From positions 1 to 64,000 of IMG/VR virus record IMGVR_UViG_3300037010_001382: 64,000 bases of DNA; one strand, written 5' to 3'. Both the position numbers and the translations under genes were made by a program. Shown piece after piece: positions 29,351 to 39,980 of the stretch (positions within the stretch are counted from its first letter, which is position 1; the number at the start of each line of letters is the position of its first letter). The notes beneath the pieces are model-generated. The model searched no databases and was not told where the DNA came from. It saw only the letters and a list, made by a program, of their open reading frames with translations. Source of the DNA: a virus.

Positions 29351-30016
29351 ATGAAATATAACAGAAATGACTTGGGAAAGTCTGGAATCTATCTAATCAG
29401 GAATACTACAAACAATAAGATTTATGTTGGTAAAGCTAAATGTATACTCAAGAGAATGAGACAACATGTAACTCTACTTAATAGAAAGTCTAAAGATGAG
29501 AATCCACACCTTATAAATGCTTGGCATAAGTATGGCAGAAATTCATTTGAATACGTTGTTTTAGAGTACCTAGAGATAGATCTACTTGCAGAAAGAGAAC
29601 TATTCTGGATAACTAGCTTAAACGCTTTAGATTCAGAAGTAGGATATAATCTAAGATTAGATTCATCTACTGGTATGATTACTAGTGATGAAACCAGACA
29701 GAAACTCTCAGAAGCTTATAAGCTACGTAAAGAGAAATTTCCAGAATTGAGTAAACAGAATGCAGAACATATAAGTAACTACTGGAGGAACAACCCGGAA
29801 GAGAAAGAAGTAATGCGTAGTAAACTCAAGAAGTTAAAGCAGAAGTATAGATTTCTACAGTATGATAAACAGAAGAACCTAATAAAGGTTTGGGATACTA
29901 TAGAAGACATTATAGCTGCTAATCCAGAGTACAAATGGCAAAACATATATGCAGTATGCAATGGTTACAAACCAAGCATTTACGGTTATGTGTGGGCTAA
30001 AGAATTGAAGATATAG
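29351..30016 (+). CDS. intron-encoded GIY-YIG homing endonuclease
   Basis: SGIYLIRN...IYVGKA..R..H...E...GYN; NUMOD-like tail; lies in L8 with its stop inside the S element. Confidence 0.92.
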   Translation: MKYNRNDLGKSGIYLIRNTTNNKIYVGKAKCILKRMRQHVTLLNRKSKDENPHLINAWHKYGRNSFEYVVLEYLEIDLLAERELFWITSLNALDSEVGYNLRLDSSTGMITSDETRQKLSEAYKLRKEKFPELSKQNAEHISNYWRNNPEEKEVMRSKLKKLKQKYRFLQYDKQKNLIKVWDTIEDIIAANPEYKWQNIYAVCNGYKPSIYGYVWAKELKI

Positions 30017-30053
30017 TCCGATCCTGATCGAAAGATCAGAAAATGTAGCTAAG

Positions 30054-30993
30054 GGCTAGCTACTATCCGAGTATGGTATTAAAACATCGTTTTTGCCCTG
30101 AACACTTAAACACAGATATATTCTTAAATGTATATGGAGGTGTAAAAGAAGAAAGAATGCAGGCAAAAGCTGCAGGAGATAAATTGAAAGATGCTACTTT
30201 AAAGCTATCAATTAATGGATCTTTTGGTATGTTTGGTAATCGTTATAGCTGGTTATTTGATCATAAAGTAAGACTGCAGATATGTGTTAATGGTCAGTTG
30301 ATGCTTGCAATGTTAATTGAAGAATTAATGTTGGAAGGAATACAGATTATAGATGCCAATACTGATGGTGTTTATGTTTATGTTCACAAGAGTAAAAAGT
30401 TGCGCTATGAAGAAATAGTGAAAGAATGGGAGAAGACAACTCTAATGGAAATGGAGCATACGAAATTTGAAAGTTTGTGGTTTGTAAATACTGCAGATTA
30501 TTTTGGTACTTATAAAGCATGGGATAAAAAACTAGCTAAAGAAGTAGTCAAAGTTAAAGAGAAAGGTATGTTTCAATCTGAAGTACAACTTGGTAAAGGT
30601 ATGGAGTTTCCTATCGTTGCTAAGTCTATTAAAGATTATTTTCTAAAAGGAGTTCCATTTGAACAGACAATTAAATCATCAGAAAACATTTTAGACTTTT
30701 GTTCTTATAAGAAGCTAAGTAGAGATACAGAATGTTGGCATGGTGGAGTTAAAGGTCAAAAGACGAATCGTTTCTACGCTTGTATTTCTGGTGCATATTT
30801 GTACAGGAGATCGCGTAATGCAGAAACAGGTAAATGGGGTAATATGGAGCACCTTCTTAAGGAATCTCCTGTTATCTTATACAATAAGTTTGATGATAAG
30901 CCTATCTCTCAGAGAAGGATAAATTATGGCTTTTATATGGCAGCAGCAAGAGCAGCAATTTATGCTATAGAAGGACAACCGAAACTATTTTAA
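30054..30993 (+). CDS. polB: family B DNA polymerase, exon 2 (spliced product 628 aa)
   Basis: ASYYPS, KLSINGSFG (motif B), ANTDG (motif C). Confidence 0.9.
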
Positions 30994-31002
30994 GAAAAAA
31001 GA

Positions 31003-31512
31003 ATGTCTGTTCAAAAAAAGAAGCTTACAAGAAAGCAATTGGATCAAAAAGTTTTGTATTTCGCATATGGTAGTAATATGCACCAACCTCGTTTGGAAGA
31101 ACGTGTTGGACGTGTTAATTTGATAGGCCCATATGTCTTACAAGACTATAAGCTTACTTTTGATACAGGTAATTTCGTATGTTCATATGCAAATGTGGAT
31201 CGTGAAGAAGGAGAAACGTGTGAAGGAGTAATCTATGAGATGACATATGCTCAACTCAGGATGCTTGATCGTTTTGAAGCTTTGTATGTACGTGTGAAAG
31301 AGGAATATAATGGCAGAAGTTTGCACATTTATATTTCTGATCATTACCGTCAACCTGAGAAACCTATAGATTTAACTATAGAATATCACACTTTACTACT
31401 CCTTGGTTGTAGAACTCATCGTTTGAATAAATCGTTAGCGATTATTCAAGCTATTGAGCCGATGCCGATGGAAATTTACTGGAAAAGAGAGATGTATTTT
31501 AGTGCTTATTGA
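31003..31512 (+). CDS. gamma-glutamylcyclotransferase family protein
   Basis: YFAYGSNM, EGVIY, LDRFE. Confidence 0.85.
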   Translation: MSVQKKKLTRKQLDQKVLYFAYGSNMHQPRLEERVGRVNLIGPYVLQDYKLTFDTGNFVCSYANVDREEGETCEGVIYEMTYAQLRMLDRFEALYVRVKEEYNGRSLHIYISDHYRQPEKPIDLTIEYHTLLLLGCRTHRLNKSLAIIQAIEPMPMEIYWKREMYFSAY

Positions 31513-31550
31513 GACTAAAGATACAAAAGATAAATAATATTATTTTATTA

Positions 31551-32297
31551 ATGAGTGAAGAGAGAAAAGAGGATAGTTACGTAAATATTCAATTCAATAT
31601 TGCGATAATACAGAGATTCAAAGAAGCCAAAATAGAAATGGATTTAATGGGTTCTGTTATGCTTATATTGTTTGGATTATTTGAAGGTAAAGAGGATTTG
31701 TTAGATTATGCAGATGATGCTAATAAAGCAAAGAGAATGGCTATACTGTATCGATATTTATGTCATAAAGGATTACTAGAAGAAGAGAAGGAAGGAAAGT
31801 TTACTTTCAAGCTTTCTAAGAACGGTACAGACTTTACTACATTTTTGAAGAATCAATATAGTGAAATGGGACTTGTAATGAGTGCCGAAGTTTTGAAACC
31901 TGTAGTTACAATAAAAGATGAGGAAGATAAGCTTGAACTAGCAGTTGGTACATGGATTGATAAATATTCAGCATTATTTCCATCGCGTGAAGATGCAGGG
32001 AAGATGTTAAGAGTACATCCTATTAGTTTAATACCAAAGATGAAAACGTTTGTTAAAAAGTATAATTATTCAGAAGAAATTATACTGAAAGCAACACGAA
32101 TCTATCTCGCGGAGCAAGAGTCCAGTCCTGATGGTTATAAATATACGCGAAGAGCTGATTATTTTATATCAAAAGATGCTGGAGAAAAATACATTTCTGA
32201 TTTGGCTACATGGTGTCAAAAAGTAGTAGACATGGAAGAAGCAGGTCTTGATCTCTCGTCAGAGAAATTAGATGGTTCATTCATGGACATAATGTAA
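31551..32297 (+). CDS. hypothetical replication-module protein
   Basis: wHTH-like N-terminal half; lies between the polymerase and the helicase. Confidence 0.65.
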   Translation: MSEERKEDSYVNIQFNIAIIQRFKEAKIEMDLMGSVMLILFGLFEGKEDLLDYADDANKAKRMAILYRYLCHKGLLEEEKEGKFTFKLSKNGTDFTTFLKNQYSEMGLVMSAEVLKPVVTIKDEEDKLELAVGTWIDKYSALFPSREDAGKMLRVHPISLIPKMKTFVKKYNYSEEIILKATRIYLAEQESSPDGYKYTRRADYFISKDAGEKYISDLATWCQKVVDMEEAGLDLSSEKLDGSFMDIM

Positions 32298-32577
32298 AAG
32301 AATATTAGTGAAACCAACAAAAAGTAATGACAAAAGTAAATACATTATATGCTTATTAGTAATGATGTATATATCTTGTTGTCTTATAGGAGGATGCAAT
32401 TAATGGAAAGTGTAAAAAACAACATTCACCCACAAGATTGGAGTAATCAGGAATTATGTGATTATGTAATTGCTGAAGGAATTTTTACAGTTGATCAATT
32501 AATGGCTTTAGCGCCAACAAAAGATCAATTAGTTAGAATTGTACTCTTGGATGAAATTGACAAAGAGTAAGTAATTA

Positions 32578-33666
32578 TTGGAGGAAGTATTAGTGAGTTT
32601 ATATGATGATGTGCTTCGTGAGATCGAAGAAAAAAAGGAAAGGAAAGAGAAGGGACTCTTCAATGGTATACCATTTCCGTACCCAAAGTGGAGGGATTAT
32701 ATTCCCTCTATAGATAAAGGTATGTATTTAGGATTACTGGCTCCTTCAGGCGTTGGTAAGAGTAGGTTTATTAGGAAAACGTTCGTCTACGATCTCTATG
32801 AGTTTTCGAAGAAGAACAAATATCCTATAAAAATACTATATTTCGCATTAGAAGATGCAAAAGTACCTGTATACAAGAAGATGATATGCCATTACTTATG
32901 GGAGAGACATCAATTTGACATAAGTCCTACACAACTTGATTCTAAGTATGTAGGATTTGATGATAGATATCTTGACATAATGAAACGTGATAAACGTTTT
33001 TTTGAAGAATTTGAGACTGATGTTGCAATAGTAAATACTTGTAGCACACCTCAAGAGATCGTTGATTACTGTAAAAGACAACATGAAAGATTTGGTGATA
33101 GCCATCATATCATTGTTATTATAGACAACTATAGTAATGTGACTAAAGATCCGCATCACAAAACAGAGTGGGAAGCAGTAAGAGAATTATCAAGGAATCA
33201 CATAAGATTAGACTTATGTAAGAAACTTAATATGACAGTGATCGCAGTTCTGCAAACAGACGTTGAATCTGACAAGAATACGTTCAGAAATTCAGACAAA
33301 GCTGCAATATCAACATTAGAGCCGAATACCGCATCTATTGGTGATATTAAAGTAATTGTACGAGATTTCTATTTATTGCTTGGCTTATTCCATCCTTGGA
33401 AATATGAGATCCCTAAATATCCTTACAAGGACGGTTATGACACTAGCATCTTAAGGAACAGATTTCGTTCTTTATTAATGTTAAAGAATAACGAGGGTGA
33501 AATGGCTCCAAGGTTGCCGTTGCTATTTGATGGTAAACATGAGCATTTTTCAGAAATGCCAACATTAGCAGAGAAAGACGCGCTTGACAAATTGTATGCG
33601 CGAATAATGAAAGAGGAGACTGAAAAGAGAGAGATGATCGCAAGAAAAGGACTATTTAATGACTAA
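32578..33666 (+). CDS. DnaB-like replicative helicase
   Basis: Walker A APSGVGKS, YFALE, IIDN, VLQ, KN-arginine-finger region. Confidence 0.85.
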   Translation: MEEVLVSLYDDVLREIEEKKERKEKGLFNGIPFPYPKWRDYIPSIDKGMYLGLLAPSGVGKSRFIRKTFVYDLYEFSKKNKYPIKILYFALEDAKVPVYKKMICHYLWERHQFDISPTQLDSKYVGFDDRYLDIMKRDKRFFEEFETDVAIVNTCSTPQEIVDYCKRQHERFGDSHHIIVIIDNYSNVTKDPHHKTEWEAVRELSRNHIRLDLCKKLNMTVIAVLQTDVESDKNTFRNSDKAAISTLEPNTASIGDIKVIVRDFYLLLGLFHPWKYEIPKYPYKDGYDTSILRNRFRSLLMLKNNEGEMAPRLPLLFDGKHEHFSEMPTLAEKDALDKLYARIMKEETEKREMIARKGLFND

Positions 33667-33671
33667 TTAAT

Positions 33672-33703
33672 TTTGGTTATGTTCTGATTATTTCGTACCT
33701 TTG
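33672..33703 (+). promoter_or_regulatory. Bacteroidota promoter TTTG-N20-TACCTTTG
   Basis: Consensus match. Confidence 0.8.
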
Positions 33704-33726
33704 CAGTAGAATAGTGAAGAGAAAGA

Positions 33727-34464
33727 ATGGGTAAAAGTGTATTAGTATTAGGAGAGAGTGGCTCAGGTAAATCCACTTCGATTGAAGGTTTAGATCCTAC
33801 AAAGACAACAGTGTTTAGTGCATTAGGCAAAGGTTTACCTTTTGCAAAGTCGCGAAAGCATTATACAGTCTGGAATAAAGATACAAATCCTTCAGGGAAC
33901 TTGATATTAACGTCGTCAAGTAAAGCAATTGCACAGTGGTTGCAGCATATTAACAAGAATATGTTGCACGTTACTACAGTCGTAGTAGACGATAATACGT
34001 TTCTGTCTTCTAAGGAATTAGATAGACGTAGAGATGAGACTGGCTTTGTGAAGTTTAATGATATTGCACATGACTTTTTGGTTTTGAGTGAGATAGCGAA
34101 TACATTGAGAGAAGATCTTAATGTGTACTTTATGCATCACGTACAAACTGAAGGTGATGGTATATTAGAAAACAAGACGTTTAAAGCAATGTCTAGCGGC
34201 AAAATGATTAATGAAAAACTTGGGTCTGTAGAGGCACAGTTTGAAATTGTATTATTTGCATGTAAGATGGATGGTGATGGTGAAGAAATTCTTTACAAGT
34301 TCAAGACAAGAGATAAGTATAGTACTGCTAAGACGCCTAAGGGTATGTTCACAGAGCAGTATATCGATAATGACTTGTCGATCGTTAATAAAGCAATAAA
34401 GTGCTTTTATAATGATGATTGTGAAGAAGAAGTGGTTAAAGTAATTAACAATAAAAGTAAGTAA
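33727..34464 (+). CDS. AAA_24 / Sak4-like ATPase
   Basis: GESGSGKST, VVDD, AKTPKGMF..IDNDL. Confidence 0.85.
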   Translation: MGKSVLVLGESGSGKSTSIEGLDPTKTTVFSALGKGLPFAKSRKHYTVWNKDTNPSGNLILTSSSKAIAQWLQHINKNMLHVTTVVVDDNTFLSSKELDRRRDETGFVKFNDIAHDFLVLSEIANTLREDLNVYFMHHVQTEGDGILENKTFKAMSSGKMINEKLGSVEAQFEIVLFACKMDGDGEEILYKFKTRDKYSTAKTPKGMFTEQYIDNDLSIVNKAIKCFYNDDCEEEVVKVINNKSK

Positions 34465-34472
34465 GTAAGAAA

Positions 34473-35096
34473 ATGGGTAAAGAAGTATTTAATTTTAAGG
34501 ATGTTGAAGTAATTAAGAATAATGGCTATTTGAAGCCTGGTCAGTATGTACTAGGTATTAAAGAAGCTAAGTTTGTAAAGCCAGATGGTAAAAAGCCAGA
34601 TGGTTCTGCTAAGACTCCTTATTTGGATATAAAATTTGGTGGTGAGCAAGGTGAAGTTTCTGCAAAGATGTATATCACTGTGAAAGCAGTTGATAGAATA
34701 CAGACTCTGTATGCTGAGTGGTTCGGTGAACGTTGTTCTAAGAGCTTTGAAGGTACAGATGCTGTAGGTGCGTTCTTTGAAATGGCATTTAGCTCTGAAA
34801 AGGCGAAGAAAGTAACAAAGTGTATTCTTGTTGAAGGGCGTCAAGCTCCTGATGGTAAGATTTATGCTGAGGTTCCTTATTCTAAGTTTATCATTGGTGA
34901 CAATGTTGAAGGTTTCAAGGAAGGACCATTTGAACCAGGTACAGGTCAGTACGTTTTCCATGTTAGGATGACTGCTCCAAATCCTTCTACGAACACAGAT
35001 GATTTAATGATTCCAGGTATGATGAGCTCTGCTCCTACTACTAACAAATCGTCTTCTGTGAATAGTAATGATATGGACGACGATTTGCCCTTCTAA
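34473..35096 (+). CDS. putative single-stranded DNA-binding protein
   Basis: LKPGQY start of a beta-rich domain; acidic tail DDDLPF; follows the Sak4-like gene. Confidence 0.7.
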   Translation: MGKEVFNFKDVEVIKNNGYLKPGQYVLGIKEAKFVKPDGKKPDGSAKTPYLDIKFGGEQGEVSAKMYITVKAVDRIQTLYAEWFGERCSKSFEGTDAVGAFFEMAFSSEKAKKVTKCILVEGRQAPDGKIYAEVPYSKFIIGDNVEGFKEGPFEPGTGQYVFHVRMTAPNPSTNTDDLMIPGMMSSAPTTNKSSSVNSNDMDDDLPF

Positions 35097-35120
35097 TAAT
35101 TTCAATAAAAAAGTGTTAAT

Positions 35121-35154
35121 AAGCGTGTATACTTAATTGTGTACACGCTTTTTT
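35121..35154 (+). terminator. intrinsic terminator
   Basis: aagcgtgtatac / gtgtacacgctt plus T run. Confidence 0.75.
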
Positions 35155-35161
35155 ATTATCT

Positions 35162-36181
35162 ATGACATATGATTTTAATCAAGTTACACCTTTAGTTAAC
35201 TTGACGCCTAATTGGATATTATCAAGAGTGAGCGATGCTCAAATCTTTTATAATTACCATGGACGTTTTAAACTAGGTGTAGCTTGTAAATCATCTCTAG
35301 ACAAAGATGAGAAACCAAGTGTTACTTTTTTTGTCGGAGATTCAGGAAGACTTATTTATTGGGATTTTAGGTATGATCGTGGATTAGATTGTTTTGCATA
35401 CATAATGAAACTTAACAATTGTAGCTTCAAACGTGCGCTTGAAATTATAGCGGAAGACTTTGGGCTGATTGATAAGAAGACTTTGTGTGTATCTGATACA
35501 GTAATGAAGGAAGCTTCAGAACTTGATTTAGATGTAAAGAAACGAACACTTATTCAGTTTACCACTAAGCCTTGGGAAACTGGTCTTGGAAAGAACTTAG
35601 CGTTCTGGAACATGTACGAGATAGACCAAGAAGAATTAGAAAAAGAGCATATTTATCCTGTTGATAGGCTCTTCTTAAACAAACAGGAAATCACTAATAC
35701 TGTAGGACATCTTCGATTTGCAAAAGTTGAGCAATATTCTGGTGGTAAAGGTGTGAAAATTTACAGTCCATTCGATTCTAAAATGAAATGGCTCAGTTCA
35801 ATTCCTTTAAATGTTCCATTTGGTTATGAGGATCTTCAGTACGAAAGTAATGAGATTATTATAACTAAATCGTTTAAAGATTTGATCATTTTGAAGAAGC
35901 TTTTTTCTGACGTAATAGCGTGTCAGAATGAATCTGAGGCAGCATTACCTGCAGATATCATTAGTACGTTAGATCGTAGATTTGACAGAAAGTTGATTAT
36001 CTTTGATAATGATGAAACAGGGCTTTCTAGCGCTTCTAAATTTAGAGATAAAGGGTTTAATACTTTTGCTATTCCTGAGACATTTAGGGCTAGATTTGGT
36101 ATTAAAGATCCAAGTGATTTTGTGAAGATATATGGGCTTGAGGCGTTTAAAGAACTTTTAAAGAAAGAAAACTTGCTGTAA
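35162..36181 (+). CDS. DnaG-like (TOPRIM) primase, crAss-type
   Basis: D.KPS..F, DF...GLDCF, ITKSFKD, FDNDETG, KDPSDF. Confidence 0.85.
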   Translation: MTYDFNQVTPLVNLTPNWILSRVSDAQIFYNYHGRFKLGVACKSSLDKDEKPSVTFFVGDSGRLIYWDFRYDRGLDCFAYIMKLNNCSFKRALEIIAEDFGLIDKKTLCVSDTVMKEASELDLDVKKRTLIQFTTKPWETGLGKNLAFWNMYEIDQEELEKEHIYPVDRLFLNKQEITNTVGHLRFAKVEQYSGGKGVKIYSPFDSKMKWLSSIPLNVPFGYEDLQYESNEIIITKSFKDLIILKKLFSDVIACQNESEAALPADIISTLDRRFDRKLIIFDNDETGLSSASKFRDKGFNTFAIPETFRARFGIKDPSDFVKIYGLEAFKELLKKENLL

Positions 36182-36524
36182 TGAGTGACTATATCACAAA
36201 CAAAATTGTCAAAACTTATTTTGACGCGATAGTGCATTTTAATTTATTGGAGAAGGAAGTAACAAGCGTTAAACGTAAGGGTAGCGTTGTTATTATTAAC
36301 ACAGAAAAAAAGAGTTTTTTTAAAACATTGATCTAATATGAAATTCATTAAAGCGATTGAAAAAAAGGATGCTAATGGTAATGTTATACCTAAGCGTAAA
36401 TTACTTGTAAAAGTAACACGCGTAGCTAACAGGAAAGTTAGTAATTTGAAGAACCGCAGCTTCGAAGCTTAATCCTTATCTGCAGTAAAAAAAGTAAAAT
36501 AAAAAAGAAAATACAAAAACAAGT

Positions 36525-37025
36525 ATGTCTAAGAAACCAACAGTCAAGAATGTTACCGCTAACGAATTAGTTCATATCTTAAAAGCTATAAAAGGTGCTA
36601 AGATTGCTACCATTGTTACTGAAACAGATGCGAACCTGCTTAAGACTGGTAATGATTTGGGTCATGTTAGAAAACATATGACCATGAATATTATCATGAA
36701 TTTTAACTATCGCACAGCACTTGACAAGGCTTTGATAAAACAGGGTTTAGCACCTTCAAATCGTCCTGTACGTGCTCGCACGTGGGGAGAGAGAGTTCCT
36801 AATTCTCCATTTATAACGCATAAAGATGCGTTGTATCTCGAAGTGAAGTTGAACGGCAAGAAACCACGCCAAACAGTCTATAAAGTTACTAATACGCCGG
36901 TTGAAGACGCAAGGGTTGCACCTTTTGTTCCTAAATTCAAGCCACCATTGGTACACATGTATGACTTCAAGATTGAGAACGTTAAGGAAGTTCGTACTAA
37001 CGGCTTCCGTTACATAGTAGGCTAA
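36525..37025 (+). CDS. hypothetical protein
   Basis: ORF track. Confidence 0.75.
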   Translation: MSKKPTVKNVTANELVHILKAIKGAKIATIVTETDANLLKTGNDLGHVRKHMTMNIIMNFNYRTALDKALIKQGLAPSNRPVRARTWGERVPNSPFITHKDALYLEVKLNGKKPRQTVYKVTNTPVEDARVAPFVPKFKPPLVHMYDFKIENVKEVRTNGFRYIVG

Positions 37026-37030
37026 GAAGT

Positions 37031-37765
37031 ATGCAGCACGAAGAGGTATATATTAAACATTTTGGAAAAGAGTGGGCTGCAGTATTGCGTCCACTCTTTT
37101 TATCCAAGCCGTATAAGGAAGTGGGTCTTGCCCTGGCGAAGTTAAAGAAGGATGGCGCTCATATAACTCCTGGATATAAAAATATATTCCGAGCGTTTAA
37201 AGAATGTCCTCTTCATTCGTTACATACTATTATTATTTCTGATGATATTTATTCTGGTCTTACTTCTCAAAAGGAATGTTTGGCAGATGGAATAGCTTAT
37301 AGTTCTAATGTTAGTACAGATACCCCTCCACCCCTGAATAGCATTTTCGAAGCTATTGATTATGATGTTTTTGACTCTGAATACGTTCCTACATCAGTAT
37401 GGAAGTATGAATGGCAGGAAGCAGTTTGGGACCTGAAAACTTGGGCGAATCAAGGCATTTTAATGCTCAACAGATCGCTAACGACTCTTATTGGTACTCC
37501 ACATGCTCACACAGATTTATGGGCTCCTATTATAGATTATATTGTTTACGATACTACGTCTCGTACTCAGAATCTAGGAATTATACTTATGGGTGATCGT
37601 GTACAAGAGATAGGTAAGAGGATTAATGGCAAATCACATTTAATTCTTAAGTGTGAGAGTCCAGTAGACGCAATCGAAAGAAAGCGTTCATTCCAACACA
37701 ATCAAGTCTTTAGTGAAGTTACTAAATTTCATAAGACTATAAACAACATTAAAGTAAAATGGTAA
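37031..37765 (+). CDS. uracil-DNA glycosylase family 1-like protein with altered catalytic motifs
   Basis: NIFRAF, ADGIAYS, PPPL.SIF, WANQGILMLN.SLT, H..LW; GQDPY replaced by SDDIY and HPSP by ESPV. Confidence 0.75.
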   Translation: MQHEEVYIKHFGKEWAAVLRPLFLSKPYKEVGLALAKLKKDGAHITPGYKNIFRAFKECPLHSLHTIIISDDIYSGLTSQKECLADGIAYSSNVSTDTPPPLNSIFEAIDYDVFDSEYVPTSVWKYEWQEAVWDLKTWANQGILMLNRSLTTLIGTPHAHTDLWAPIIDYIVYDTTSRTQNLGIILMGDRVQEIGKRINGKSHLILKCESPVDAIERKRSFQHNQVFSEVTKFHKTINNIKVKW

Positions 37766-38212
37766 CACGATCAATAGTATTGATTTTGATATGCTGTGTA
37801 TTACTGAGTTCTTGTAAAGTAATGTTTGTTATCTCTGGTTTTGATATTATGTTTGCACTATTAGTGCTAGCTATTATCATATTTGTATTGTATCTTAAGT
37901 ACAAATATCGTAACAGAAAATAAGAATAGCTTATGTCATTATTATTACAGCCACCTACCATTAATGTTGCACGAGAAGTACATATGAAGTTTGGTGACTT
38001 CAAAGGCGCTTGCTGTCTGATAGTTTTGAAGGTGAAGTATGCAAAAGAAAAAGACTGGATTGTTCAACGATTATGGATGATTCCGGGATGGGAACAACAG
38101 GACATTTGGCAGAAAGCTTATAAGTGGATCTGGAAAGACATCAAAAAAAGGGATTATCTCATATCAGAGATTGAAGAAGCAAAATTTGACAGCTTTAAAT
38201 TAGTTTAACATT

Positions 38213-38671
38213 ATGAATGAAGTAGCGAAAGGTAAGCTGCCTGTAGAAAACCTAAGGGTTGAGATTACAGAACAAACTCCTGAAGTGTTGATGTGCGTTT
38301 ATGGTACATTACGTCAAGGAGAAGGTAACTGGGGTCGTCACTTAAGGAACACTAATAGTGAATACTTAGGTACGTACAAGACTGAGCCAAAGTTCACCCT
38401 GTATGGGCGTCGTATGCCTTTTCCTTCACTCGCACCACATGGTAATACTTCTGTTGTATATGAAGTGTTTAAGGTAAAGGATAAGAGGGTTCTGGAAGGT
38501 CTACACAACTTAGAAGGTTGTACAGGCGTTCCTGGACACAATGACAATTGGTATGACATCATACCTATTGAAACACCTCATGGTCAGGGTTGGATTTACG
38601 TCCACCATGCTGAGAGGGAATCACCAGAAGTAGTAATCGTTTCTGGCGATTGGAAGAATAAAAGTGTTTAA
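38213..38671 (+). CDS. gamma-glutamylcyclotransferase (AIG2-like)
   Basis: VYGTLRQGEGN, FPSL, VVYEVF, LEG, IVSGDW. Confidence 0.88.
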   Translation: MNEVAKGKLPVENLRVEITEQTPEVLMCVYGTLRQGEGNWGRHLRNTNSEYLGTYKTEPKFTLYGRRMPFPSLAPHGNTSVVYEVFKVKDKRVLEGLHNLEGCTGVPGHNDNWYDIIPIETPHGQGWIYVHHAERESPEVVIVSGDWKNKSV

Positions 38672-39951
38672 TGGCTCAACGAATTGATAGTGATGGAAAG
38701 GAAATAAACGTAGGAGATCGTGTTATTGTTGTTGGATTCAACACAGTAGTAGGAGAAACCTTTGTTCGTTCTTTTCTGAGAGAGAGAAAAGTTTACGGGA
38801 TAGTACTAGGTGAAGAAGTGCGTGTACGTAAGTATGTCGGAGCATCATCTGAAGTGATTGATTTTACAAAAGTAATAAAAGATCATTTTAAGAATGAGCT
38901 ACTAAATGAGTACTCGTTTTCTATGAAACATCTGAAGGTGTTAGATCCTAAAGATTATGCAGAGTATGATTTATATGCTGAACAAGCAAATGATTATATG
39001 ACTGCGCACATGAAGACAGTTGAAAACCTAGAAAAGTTACCATTACCCACAGAAAGTTATATGAATAGAAGCTTTGTTCACAAGGATATCAATCTCTTGT
39101 CGACAAAGTTAAATTGTGTAGCTGAAGGAGAATGGAATAAAGACGATAACACTTTTAAAAATGATCGTATCGCTTATCTTGTGACATGTTGTGCATTTAC
39201 GAAAACAAAACACGATTTAGAGGTATATATACCTGAATTATGGCTACGCTATTATAAGTACACAATGTACGATTTAGGCGAATGGTTAAAATTCCTTGCT
39301 AAATGTGGTATTGGTTTTGAATATGTATTATGTGGACCAAGTAAGCTTCATAATGTATTTTATGAAAACTTTGAAAAACCAATAGATGATGGATATTACA
39401 AAAAAGTAAGTCCTAAAGCTCTTGGCTCTCTTATGTATCCTAATGGACCAAGCGGTTACATTAAGTTACGTATGAAAGGATGTAAGGATGACCCAATGAT
39501 AACGTATCTGAGATTTATATGCCTAAGGTATATTTATAATCAGGCGTATTGGACAATTCCAGGACATGCAATGCAGATAAAGCGATCTCTAGGTAACGCA
39601 GTTACTTATTGGCAAGCTTTACTCATGGCACATCTATATAAGACTTATGATGGTTATTATTCTCTTGCGAATCAACATGATTTCGATCCACAGAAGCCTT
39701 ATCAGGCAGATCGAGCATTTCCGTTTAGTACAAGTAGTAACTATGATAGGCACATCAATCCTTTCCAAAGTAGAGAAGATGTTTTTAAAAGATTGAATAC
39801 ACCTCTTGCATCAATGAATCGAGCTTTTAGCTATTCATGTGACGCTTTCAAACGTGAAGATTTAAACAAGTTCTTCATTGAGAAAGATTACGTTGGCTTG
39901 TTTAAATACATAAGAGATCAAGTAGGTAAATCAAAAGTAATCGTTAAGTAG
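38671..39951 (+). CDS. hypothetical protein of the amidoligase cluster
   Basis: Coupled to GGCT; C-terminal half resembles 40827-41537. Confidence 0.8.
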   Translation: MAQRIDSDGKEINVGDRVIVVGFNTVVGETFVRSFLRERKVYGIVLGEEVRVRKYVGASSEVIDFTKVIKDHFKNELLNEYSFSMKHLKVLDPKDYAEYDLYAEQANDYMTAHMKTVENLEKLPLPTESYMNRSFVHKDINLLSTKLNCVAEGEWNKDDNTFKNDRIAYLVTCCAFTKTKHDLEVYIPELWLRYYKYTMYDLGEWLKFLAKCGIGFEYVLCGPSKLHNVFYENFEKPIDDGYYKKVSPKALGSLMYPNGPSGYIKLRMKGCKDDPMITYLRFICLRYIYNQAYWTIPGHAMQIKRSLGNAVTYWQALLMAHLYKTYDGYYSLANQHDFDPQKPYQADRAFPFSTSSNYDRHINPFQSREDVFKRLNTPLASMNRAFSYSCDAFKREDLNKFFIEKDYVGLFKYIRDQVGKSKVIVK

Positions 39952-39980
39952 TAATAATAAAAAGCAGTTAGGCTCCCAAA

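Larger units (their letters stand above)
29038..30053 (+). mobile_element. group I intron in DNA polymerase motif A
   Basis: P1 gacgt/gcgtc with U-G; P aattgactggaa; Q aatcagcagc; R gttcagagacta; P3 cctttc/ggaagg; P8 caattc/gaattg; S aagatatagtcc; P9 ctgatc-gaaa-gatcag; terminal G; splicing restores DVASYYPS. Confidence 0.93.
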
